Under the pieces are notes generated by a model that was not told the origin of the DNA, searched no databases, and saw only the letters and a list, made by a program, of their open reading frames with translations. From Camelus ferus (lineage: Eukaryota): a stretch of 64,000 bases of DNA. The position numbers and the translations under genes were made by a program. Below are positions 53,655-64,000 of this stretch, in pieces. The stretch's first letter is position 1, and every line of letters starts with the position of its first letter. Location: NCBI RefSeq assembly GCF_009834535.1, contig NC_045696.1:85066001-85130000 (forward strand), read 5' to 3'.

Positions 53655-54005
53655 AAGCTGATGAATTTATAGAAACAAAGAGTAGAATGATGACTGCAAT
53701 GGGCTGGGAGGCTGGGGGAAATAGGGAGTGGTTGGTAAAAGGCTACAAACTTTGTTACAACATGAGTAAAGTCTGAGGATCTAATGTATAACAAGGTGAC
53801 TATAAATTTGTTAAACAAATAGAATTGAAATGTTTTCAGCACCCCCTCCCCAAAAAAGGGCAAATATAGGAGATGATGGTTGTGTTAATTAACTTAATGG
53901 GGAAATCCTTTCCTTATGTATATGTATATCAAATTATCATGTCGTACATTTTAAATATCTTACAATTTTACTTGTTGATTGTACCTCAAAAAAATTGGAA
54001 AAAAT
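53655..54005 (+). mobile_element. L1MA-type 3' UTR
   Basis: ATAGAAACAAAGAGTAGAATGATGACTGC...GGCTACAAACTT...GAGGATCTAATGTATAACAAGGTGACTATA...TACCTCAAAAAAATTGGAAAAA. Confidence 0.85.
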
Positions 54006-55629
54006 TCTACTCAACTGATACAGTTTAACTGATAAATCTCATGTATATCATTGATTTGAACCATAAAAAATTATCATGTTCAATAATTTTTGATCCACGA
54101 AGTGCCAATTTTATATGAATCACCCTGTTATTAAGAGAATAGCATCTCTTCCTAAAAGAGTTGTTTTGCTTCCAAGGCAACGATTCCAGTTCTGTTACAA
54201 TGAAGGGGAGATGATGATACTGTGATGATATTGAGTTATCACTGGAAGAAAGAGTGTACGAGGTTGAAAATATAAGCTGTAGGACTATATTACATCTTGG
54301 AATATCACAGATTCAAACACAATCTTGAACTCTTAATACTTGGCTATTATTGATATTCCTTCTTAGAGGGGAATTTTTTGGTATAGACTATGAATAGATT
54401 ACCAAGATCTGACCAGAAGGTACATAATAAAGTAAAAAAAGTCAAGTTAATATTTGAAGCATAATTTACTTGAAGAAATTATAGAAACATAAGGTTACTT
54501 CATTAATACACAGGCATAATTTCAAAACAAAGAACCCTTAGATTTGTGTTCAAACTTTTACATTTTTACTATTAAACTATGAAAAGACAGATCAATTGCC
54601 CAATCAATAATTAAATGGATACAGAAATGAGTCTGTCTTTTATTGCAAAAATATTACGTGATACAGGCACTAAAACTAAAATCTATACGTACAAAGGCAT
54701 TTTATTTTTGGATCTCTATGACACTAACTCTTAAGTAAAGTGACTGATGTAACAGAAGTAAACGCAACTTAATGGGTGTTTTCTTTGGTTTAATAAATCA
54801 AGTTATAATGAAATAGAGTGACTTTCTTAAATATTTTCCTCTTCTTCAGATGTCATTGAATATTTAACTTTTATTTCGCGTAGAATTCAAGTCACCATCC
54901 AGTGTTTGTGAAACGAAATTGAAATTTTTCCACAAAGATATGTAGTTTAGTAGCAGTACAACTGAATTCTGATTAACAATCAACTACCAAGCCAGGGACT
55001 CTAGCCACATATCAACTTTGATGTTTGTAATTGCAAGGTTTATACCTAAATAGCTCCTTAATGATCTGTGACCTCAGCTTCAAAAGAGAAAATATTTCAT
55101 TGATTATTGACTTCTAGTGCTCATGAAATTTTCATAGATTCATGAATTATGACACCTTAGATCAAACTCTGCTTATTCTTCTATGAGATTGGTGCTACAT
55201 CTGAAGTTTATTCAGAAAGTGCACATAGTGCTTGGCATTCAGATTTAGGTAAACTGATCATTTCTCTCTGGTTATACTCGCTTGATTCCCTGCTATAGAG
55301 TTAGGGATTTCACTTAAGTCATGATGGTAGGTAGTAAGATACTCTGTATTGTGTGGGTTTTTTTGTTTTTGTTTTTGTTTTTTTTTACCCTTCTATTACA
55401 CTAGAGATTTTTTTTTCAATTCCTTTTTAAGTCAAGTTTCAACCCCACAAGTCAGTGTTTGAGTGATTTTTTTCCACTTCTAATTTATCTTTTGTCCAAA
55501 TCAATGATCCATGATCAGGAAGTTCTGTCAGGAGTTCTTTTCAAACTTTGGGAACTACATCAGATCTCTATGGAAATGTTGTACTAAAAGGGCAACAAAA
55601 ATTAGATTCCTCTCTCTTTCTCTATACTC

Positions 55630-56008
55630 TTTTTTTAATTGAAGAATAGTCAGTTTACGGTGTTGTGTCAATTTCTGGTGTACAGCATGTTTCCGTCGTA
55701 CATATACGTACAGACACTCTTCATCATATTCTTTTTCACTATAGGTTACTACAAGATATTGAATATAGTTCCCTGTGCTACACAGTAGAAACTTACTATT
55801 TATCTATTTTATATATAGTAGTTAGTATATGCAAATCTTGAACTCCTAATTTATCCCCTCCCACCCCCTTTCCTGACTGGTAACCATATGTTTGTTTTCT
55901 ATGTCTGTGAGCCTGTTTCTGTTTTATAAATAAGTTCATTTGTGTCACTTTTTTTAGATTCCATATGTAAGTGATATATGATATTCTTCTTTCTCTTTCT
56001 GGCTTACT
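55630..56008 (-). mobile_element. Cetartiodactyl/camelid-type L1 3' UTR
   Basis: TTTTTTAATTGAAGAATAGTCAGTTTACGGTGTTGTGTCAATTTCTGGTGTACAGCA...GTTACTACAAGATATTGAATATAGTTCCCTGTGCTA. Confidence 0.9.
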
Positions 56009-56009
56009 G

Positions 56010-56640
56010 CTTATATACATGGATTGTGAATTTTCATGGGCTTTAAAAATGTTCACTATAACTTCAAATATTCTGTCTCACTCTCTTCTCCTTCTAGAAA
56101 TCCAATTACATTATTTAAACTTATTACCTGTATCTCTCATGATTTTTCTGCTTTATTCTCCATTTCTTATTTGTTTTTATCTGTGCACTTCAGTTTAGAT
56201 GTTTCTATTGACCTAGCTTTTCACTTATTAATCTTGTCCTCTATTGGTCAACCCATCTATTGAATTGTTGATTTCAGTTATTATCTTTCATTTCTAGAAT
56301 TTCTGTTTGATTCTTTTTACAGATTCCAATACTCTGATGGAATGTCTCATCTTTTTTTCCTAAATAAATCACTTCTAATTATTTATCAGTGGACCCCTAT
56401 ATCTAGATTGTCTGTGGTCCTTTTTTGTCTTTTTTTTTTTTTTTTTTTTTTGTCTTGGGTTTTTTATTTATTTATTTTTGGTCACACAGTCCTATCTCGG
56501 GGCTTGCCAATTCATTTTTAACTAAGTGTTGGGAATTGTGCATTTAAAATTTTTTTGAGGCTACAGATGTTATTATTCTATCTCAAAGAGAGTTTATAAT
56601 TTCTTAAGATGGTCATATAAAATGGAGACTGATTATCTGA
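56010..56640 (-). mobile_element. Ancient L1/HAL1 ORF1-region remnant
   Basis: CTTCAAATATTCTG...CCAATTACA...CAGTTTAGATGTTTCTATTGACCTAGCTTTTCA...CCCATCTATTGAATT. Confidence 0.6.
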
Positions 56641-59634
56641 TCATCCTAATTTAATCAGAAATAAAACTAAATCCAGACTGTGTCTCAGTTGTGACTGAGC
56701 ACTAGTCACCTCTCCCCATCCTCGGGTCCAGACCTCCAGGGCTTTTATGGAGCATGACGTACTTATGGAGTTCTGTCCCTGGGAGTTCTGAATCCTGTTC
56801 CTTATCTCAGCACTGAAGCCTCCCAGAAATCTCTCTCCTTATCATGGTCTTTCTGATTCATTTTTTTCAGCTTCCACTCCATACAAGTTCATAATTCAGA
56901 AAACAAACCAAAACAAAAATTTTTGAGGGAAAGTATTCTTATGGCCTCTAAAGTACTAAATTTCTTGTTTGGCTCAATACATTTTATAGCCAGATAATAT
57001 ATATAAAAATAACCAGAAGGAGAAGGAGAAAGAGAAGAGGGCAGCAGCACCTGGCTTCTGTCTATCAGCAGGGGTCCCTGACCTAGACAGAGCAAGTGTT
57101 CTTGAACTCTTGCCTGTCCTAGGAATCAGCAAACACCCCAGGGGAAAGTGGCTTCCCATTGTCCGTGCCCATCTCTGCTTTCTAAACTCTTGGACTGTCT
57201 TCTTTCAGCAGTACCCTGAGGTCTTCAAACTGATGATTTTTACTTTTGATACAACTTCTGTAGTTGCTTTTGGTGGAAGAATTGACCTACCATTTCTCTA
57301 ACTTTGATATTTCTCCAACTTTCTTGGAAAGTCCCCCAAGATTTTGTTTTTACAAAGAAATGTCCTATACACAGGAAAAAATATAAAGAGAGTGAATAAA
57401 GAAGACCTGAATCTGTTAGAATATTTCTGTCATGGTATTAAAACAAGTAAAATATAATTTTATTATTAATGTTAAATATATTTCTAAGTCATATTATTTT
57501 TCTGTGAAGTAAAGCAGGCAATGAACTAATTCAAAAGCCAGTAAATAAAATAAATAGCAATGAACTACTTCAAGTGGTAAAATATTTATAAACACTGCTA
57601 ACAAAATACAAGCTAATTCAAATTATAAACTGCAGAGGTACATATTTGAATCTTCTATATTAGCTTAAAAAATCATGGACATTGATAACATGATCTTTCT
57701 GGGAGTAATTTCTAATAGTTTCAAGAGACAAAATTATCAATTTTTTTTATCAGTAAAGTCCTGTCACTTTGACATCTCCATTTGATTTAATGTAACAATT
57801 TGAATTATATAAAAAATGGAAAGAGAAGAAATCACCATTTAAAGGTAAGTATATGAATTCAAAAGAAAAAATAAAATATTTTGGAACACTTGCTCAGATA
57901 TAATGACATTTTTAGAAGATTCACAAAAGGTTTCAGTCTATATTTTGAATTGTATATTATTGTTGTTCAATATTATATTCATAATGTCTAACAAAGTATT
58001 GAGCTTAGCATATGGTACTCAGAAATACTATACTTTTTGTTTTTAATCTGAACAAATGTTAATATGAAGATTTTTTTTCGAAATAATTCTTAGAGCTCTT
58101 TATTGGGTTCATGATATTTTAAAAATCTGTTTTATTAGAAAGAAGAGTTGTTGAATTTTTCCTGTTATAAAGTTTTATGGCTCATTTTTGAAAATGAAAA
58201 TGTATCATTATAGTAGAAAGGAAGACTTTATAAGCTAAATTATTTATTACTCCATGCATTTTTTCCCTGCCAATCATTTTTTGGCCTGAATTTTAAAATA
58301 ATTATTCTACTACAAAGGCAGCTACACAAACTTTACTGTTTTTTTTTAAAAGAAACTTTGTATTAAAATTAAAAGTTTTTGAGTTTTCTAACACCATTAC
58401 ATTAATTCAATATTAGTTTCACGCCCTGAATTTGTAGTTTCTATTCTATAACTTAATACTTTCATTTTGCATGGTTCTTTTTAGTAATTAGCTTTTAAAT
58501 TTCATTAAGGACTAACATTTCTCTAAGAGAAAATTAAGAATGCATTATAAAAAACCCTGATTTAAAAAAATTTATGATAAAAATTAGTAAAGCAAAGTTT
58601 TGCAAAATAAACAAAGTCTACATTTCTAAAATCAAGTGTTTCAGAAAAATTATGAGAAAAGATACTACTTAATTCTACTTTAGTAAATAATAGATAACAG
58701 AAAATAAGAAAGGGTAATCATCTGTTATTCTTATCACTCAGATGTTTATTTTTTACTTTTAATGGATTATCTAGTTCTACAAAAGAATCACATTATTTAA
58801 TATTTTTTATTATCAAAAGAATGACCACTGTGCAGAATAAAGTGACAGACAATATATTTCTCAAAATGACAATTTATGCTATAAGAACAGAAATGAACTA
58901 TTAATGTTTAAATGTGAACCTGTGCATACTAAATTTATAAACACTTGGGCACACACAATGAATGAATATGAACAGTCTTGATTTGTTATTAAAAAAATAC
59001 CTTGTAAGCAAGAACGTAATTATTCAGATGCGTTTATAGGTAAGTATATATGTATATGGGAAGGGAAATTTACCCTAGTATGGAAGTAATATAATTCACC
59101 AGTTTTTTCACTGCTGTTTAAAGAAAACATTTAAAGTTGTAACCATAGAGTGTGTGTAATAAATTTATAGCTTAATCGGGTACCATCAAATAAAAAGGAA
59201 GCCAAGAAAAGTTTGTTTTTATAGTAAAGAAAAACAGTGACATGTTTGAGAACTAGGTTTATATTATTTTCTATCCATGTTATAAGCAGGGTGCTCTGAT
59301 TTTCTGTGGTTTCCTTCTGAAATTCCTCCTTGTTTTGACTAGAAGACAACATTTAATTTGAAGGTAAAAAGAGCTTATTTAATGAACTATACTGTTTCCT
59401 AAAATATACATTTGTTTTGGGTTTCATTTACTCTCCAGTAAGTATACTTCCTTTTCTGCTCTAAGTTCCAATGATATCACATTCAGATAGAAAAACTCAA
59501 CATTAATGATTCAGTACTCTATGAAAAATATTTGGGTAAAAATATAAATTCAAATGATCTGGTGGGAGAAGGAAAAATAATATGTTCTATTGTGTTCATT
59601 CTAACAGTTTCCTGTGAAATACTTAATAATGAAA

Positions 59635-59692
59635 TGTATTAGGGTTCTCAGAGAAACAGAACCAAAAGCAGATAGATAGATGATAGATAGAT

Positions 59693-59749
<57 letters not shown>

Positions 59750-59825
59750 ATAGACAGATTATAGGTATAGATATAGATGTAAATAAGAGGAGGTTTATTT
59801 AGGAATTGGCTCACAGGATCACCCG
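59635..59825 (-). mobile_element. MLT2 (ERVL) LTR end with expanded (GATA)n, truncated by the gap
   Basis: TGTATTAGGGTTCTCAGAGAAACAGAACCAA...TTTATTTAGGAATTGGCTCACA. Confidence 0.85.
59670..59758. repeat. (GATA)n tetranucleotide microsatellite
   Basis: Interrupted AGAT array. Confidence 0.95.
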
Positions 59826-59925
59826 NNNNNNNNNNNNNNNNNNNNNNNNNNNNNNNNNNNNNNNNNNNNNNNNNNNNNNNNNNNNNNNNNNNNNNNNNNN
59901 NNNNNNNNNNNNNNNNNNNNNNNNN
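59826..59925. other. Assembly gap (100 N)
   Basis: Exactly 100 Ns, the conventional placeholder for a gap of unknown size. Confidence 0.99.
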
Positions 59926-60009
59926 AAAGAAAGGAAGGAAGGAAGAAAGAAAAGAAAAAGAAAGAAAGAAAGGAAGGAAGGAAGAAAGAAAAGAAAAAAA
60001 AAAAAAAAA
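59926..60009. repeat. (GAAA/GGAA)n plus poly-A simple repeat
   Basis: Directly visible after the gap. Confidence 0.95.
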
Positions 60010-60045
60010 CAGGCGAAGTAATCCTTTTAAAAGTAACTCAGACTT

Positions 60046-60157
60046 GGGGAGGGCATATCTTAGCATGCAAGAAGTCCTGGATTCAATCTCCAGAACTTCC
60101 TCTAAGAATAAATAAATAAACCTAATTTCCTCCCCACACCAAAAAGTAAATAAATAG
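60046..60157 (+). mobile_element. tRNA-derived camelid-type SINE with an internal deletion
   Basis: GGGGAGGGCATAT-CTTAGCATGCAAGAAGTCCTGGATTCAATCTCCAG contains a B-box-like motif and is followed by an (AAAT)n tail. 14-bp TSD AAAGTAACTCAGAC at 60030-60043 and 60158-60171. Confidence 0.88.
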
Positions 60158-60171
60158 AAAGTAACTCAGAC

Positions 60172-60668
60172 ATATTCCTCTGCTCTAAAAATTCCATTGG
60201 ATCCCTATTTTAATAAAGGGCATGACAAATTCTTTAAAATACCCATATGCCCTTTACGATCTTCTCCATTCCCCTGTTATTACTACCCCTCTCCAGGTTC
60301 ATCTCTTACCACCATTTCTCATTTCAGTCTGCACACAATGCCCGCCTTGCTTTTCCATCAACAGGCCAGGGACATTCTCGCCTTAGGGCTTTTGGACCAG
60401 TTCTTCCTGAAATGTACATTCCCTAAAATCGACATGGTAACTTCCTCCCAGATCCTATTCTTCAGCATATTTTGTTTGTTTTCTCATGTTACACATTAGC
60501 TTCTAAATATTCTAGCATTTCAGAATGTTTCTGTGTACAGACTGTCTTCCCTACTAGGTTATCTCCTCTAGGGAGTTTTTGTAATTTTTACTTACAAGTC
60601 CATCCCAAGAACCTAGAATAGGGCCTGTACCTTAGTAAGCACTCAATAAATACTGTGGAATAAATCAC
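60172..60668 (+). mobile_element. L2 LINE 3' region
   Basis: CTCTGCTCTAAAATTCCATTGG...CCTTAGGGCTTTTGGAC...CCCAAGAACCTAGAATAGGGCCTG...AGTAAGCACTCAATAAATACTGTGGAATAAAT. Confidence 0.8.
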
Positions 60669-62633
60669 TGAAACAAAGAACTCATTACCTTATAAAAATT
60701 AACATTTCCATAAAGTCTCTTCATTCTCAAGGTTATCACGTAATATCTCGCATATACATAGAGGATTGTTGTTTACTAAATATATTACAATTGAACATTT
60801 TTAGACTATTCTTGATTTTAACCTAATACATTATACTACACGTGCTTATAAGACTGTCATGGCATTTAAACATAATCCATTTTTGTTAATGTCTTTAGAT
60901 TAAAGGTGAAGATGTGGAATAATCAAAAAGCAATTTCTAAGATCAGAATAAACGTAAATATGAGTGCAATTACAAAGATTCATGAAAACTTAAAATACAG
61001 AATGAAGAAAAGCAATTCTAAAATATGTCAACAAATAAAAGAACTTTTCCCTCAGTGGAGGACAGTTTTCATTCAAAATCCTAAAATTTATTTTTATTTG
61101 AATGTTATTTAAGAAAGAAGAGCACTTTCCCTATAAAGGGTTCTTATGAGACATATAAATTATTTGAATTGAGTTTCCGTTTCCTGTTTTCTGGCAGGGC
61201 TAATGAAGCCACTAAGGCCAAGACCCCCTAAAGGGTGTTAAACGAGCAGGTCAAATGTAAACTTTCAGCAAGAACAGATCTCATGCATATTTCATATGTA
61301 AAAGAAAACTGTGAAGTAATCACTTGCCCTTTCCCTGATATTTCAGGCAGCAGGAAATAAAAAAGGGAAAAGCACAGAAGAGCCCCAGACAGCCCTTTGA
61401 AAGCACATCTGGTGAGGCTGGAAGAATGCTGCGGTTGTTGAAACTTGTTTACATATTTATAAGCTGAATGTTTCTCAAGATGGAACAAGTTACAAGATTC
61501 CACTTTTTTATTATTCAGATATTCAGTCTTTGGGGTCTAAACATTTCATACCTTGTAAAATAAATCAATCTAAAAACAAAAACAAAACACCTTGCAACTT
61601 CTTCAAAACTAGCTGTGAACATTTCCATGGCAAAGTATGATCACTGCCTATCTTGGTGCATACGTACCCTCAACCTTCAAATACCAGCACCCAAAGTAGA
61701 GATGTGCAGGAATTAAGAAAGTACCTACATTTTAGGCCTAACAAAGATCACTCTGGTAACCCAGGTGCATACCACAATATATATTTTTCTTTTGGGAAGG
61801 GCAGGTGGGAATTCTGTCCGCCTATAATTGGATGAGTGTGGTGCACTTGGTAAATACATGTTTAATTGAATGAAAATGAAAATGTGTATTTGGTATAAGC
61901 TTGATAACCAAAATGGAGTGATACTCCATGAGGAAATACTGAGAGAGAATCACTCTGTTCCTAAATATAGGACCAGTAAGCTGAGTCTCACCCAGACTAG
62001 TAGACATAAACATAGGAGGCACTGATTTCACATTGACCCAGTTTCAGTTTTTAAGAAGAGTTAATTTCAAGTGAAAACTTCATAAACCAAGATTGAAAGC
62101 TTAATTTATTTTTCAACTACAATGTCAATGAGAATCCTTAAAAATAGACCAGTAATCCAGGTTACAAGATATTTGAACAATTTTTAACCTTTTTAGTTAT
62201 CTCATGTCTAGTTTTCAAAAGAATTTTCAAAAGAAAACATCCAAATTGGTTTTTTTTTTTCATTACTTCTAGAAGCTGCAATTGGATTGGAGAGTTGGGG
62301 AAATGTCATCTTGTACAAATTCAGGTTGATGTTGGAGAAGAGAAAAGAATTTCAAGGCATAAAATGAGTAGTGACAAATACCAAGAGGACAAAGTAGGCT
62401 GAGCTCCATGGTCTTGTTATAACAAACAAGCAACCTCTCCCTCGCCTTTCTGAGTGTGAATAAGGGTAATAGGGCTGAACACTAGAATATCTACTAGTAT
62501 TTCTTTCAACACATCGAAGCCCTTCATCTCATTTACTACAAGATCAATCAATGACAGTGCTCTTCCTTAAAGAGAATGTCAGTTTGTCAGCAAGATGAAG
62601 TCACCTATCTTATAGCGCGTCTTTCTAGGTAAC

Positions 62634-63102
62634 TGTATTTGTTTCCTATTGTTGCTATAAATTACCATAAACTGAGTGGCTTAAAACAACACAGATGTAT
62701 TATCTTATAGTTCTGAAGATCAGGGGCTAAAATAGTTTGGCAAGACTACATTCTTCTGGATTCTTGAGGAATTATTTACCTATTATTATCATCTATTTCC
62801 TTGATATTTCCAGCTTCTGGGCTTCTGGAGGTCACCATTCTTTGGCTCTTGTCCCTGTATCACTCCAGCCTCTGCTGCCCTCATCACATCTCCTTAGATG
62901 ACTCTGAGCCCCCTGCATCTCTTTTATAAGACTCTTATGATTGCATTTAACTCAACTGGATAATCTAAGATAAGCTTCCCATTTCAAGATCCTTAACTTA
63001 ATCACACATACATTGTCCTTTTTGACATGTAAGGTAACATATTTACAGTTTTCAGTGATTAGGAATGACGTCTTTGTGGGGGTCATTATTCTACCTACCA
63101 CA
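62634..63102 (-). mobile_element. MLT1 (MaLR) solo LTR, MLT1C/D-like
   Basis: TGTATTTGTTTCCTATTGTTGCTATAAATTACCATAAACTGAGTGGCTTAAAACAACAC...CAAGATCCTTAACTTAATCACA...GGGGTCATTATTCTACCTACCACA. Confidence 0.85.
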
Positions 63103-63289
63103 ACCATTGTGTTAACTATGCTCCTCTTCCTTCTCCTTCACCAGCCTTTTAACTATTTCCAGTATATTTACTATGTATATTGTGATCCTCTATATAGTAA
63201 ACTCCAGTAAGGAAGAGATTTTTGTCTCGTTTGGCCCTCAATGAATTGTAAGGTTCTGGAGCCGTGCTGGAAACATTGTAATGCTTATA

Positions 63290-63890
63290 TTTGTTACATT
63301 ATTTGAAACTCCAAAATCTTTTTTTTTTAACACTTTTTATTGATTTATAATCATTTTACAATGTTGTGTCAAATTCCAGTGTTCAGCACAATTTTTCAGT
63401 CATTCATGGACATATACACACTCATTGTCACATTTTTTTCTCTCTGAGTTATCATAACATTTTGTGTATATTTCCCTGTGCTATACAGTGTAATCTTGTT
63501 TATCTATTCTACAATTTTGAAATCCCAGTCTATGAAACTCCAAAATCTTAGTGGTTTAATACAACAGAAGTTTATTTCTTGCTCGTGCAGCAGGTCCTAC
63601 AAATGTGCTCACGCACAGGTTAATGCGGTACCCTTTTCTGCACAGTGATTTTTAGCTGCACCAACTGAAGTCCACCTCCATTCTAGAAACAAAGAGGAGA
63701 GATTTTGTATAATTGTAAAGCTTATCTTTGTAGTCTCAGAATAAGTGACTTTTTTTTTTTAACTTTTTGTCATATTTGGCCAGAATTAGCCACATGACCC
63801 TGACTGATTTCAAAGAAGCTACAAAATGTGTTTTCCTGCTAGCTCAGAAAGGAGAGAATAACTGGCTATTGTGAGCACAAGAACACTCTA
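63290..63890 (-). mobile_element. Old MLT1 (K/L-like) LTR, split by the young L1
   Basis: CCAAAATCTTAGTGGTTTAATACAACAGAAGTTTATTTCTTGCTC...TTGGCCAGAATTAGCCACATGACCCTGACTG. Confidence 0.7.
63321..63532 (-). mobile_element. Young 5'-truncated camelid-type L1 3' end (212 bp)
   Basis: Poly-T followed by AACACTTTTTATTGATTTATAATCATTTTACAATGTTGTGTCAAATTCCAGTG. Perfect 17-bp TSD TGAAACTCCAAAATCTT at 63304-63320 and 63533-63549. Confidence 0.93.
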
Positions 63891-64000
63891 GAACTATTTG
63901 TTGAACACTGAATGTGATGAGAATAGGCAACAGTAAAGAGAATATACACACTTATGCCATGAAAAATTCTTTTTCCCTAAACAGGCAAATTCCAAATACG

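Noticed and set aside
54210..54415. C-box-like ATGATGA/GTGATGA motifs suggesting a C/D snoRNA
   Set aside because: No suitably placed CTGA D-box with a terminal stem, and no recognisable rRNA antisense element.
57810..57850. Strong donor AAG|GTAAGT
   Set aside because: No convincing upstream acceptor, and the nearby ATG frame stops before the donor.
59623..60066. Longest ORF in the track (147 aa)
   Set aside because: Spans the N gap and simple repeats, so it is an artefact.
60046..60100. tRNA gene
   Set aside because: No cloverleaf or A-box; the A-rich tail and TSD identify it as a SINE.

Overview
AT-rich, CpG-depleted mammalian genomic DNA that is intronic or intergenic. It is most likely camelid (alpaca/camel), judging by a tRNA-derived SINE beginning GGGGAGGG at ~60.05 kb and cetartiodactyl-type L1 3' ends. 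I find no convincing protein-coding gene, RNA gene or CRISPR array. The ORFs in the track are L1 ORF2 remnants, low-complexity translations or chance ORFs. The window is a layered record of transposons: ancient MIR, L2, L3/CR1, hAT-Charlie, MLT1/MLT2/LTR16 and L1M fragments, plus younger insertions with intact target-site duplications (TSDs). The younger set comprises three ERV1-type solo LTRs with TG...CA ends and 4-bp TSDs, a 1.4-kb 5'-inverted (twin-primed) L1, a 212-bp L1 with a 17-bp TSD, and a SINE with a 14-bp TSD. There are also several local tandem duplications, microsatellites, a 22-bp perfect palindrome, a few candidate non-coding exons or enhancers, and a 100-N assembly gap. I see no evidence of a novel biological system. 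Repeat family names come from recalled consensus sequences, not from a database search.
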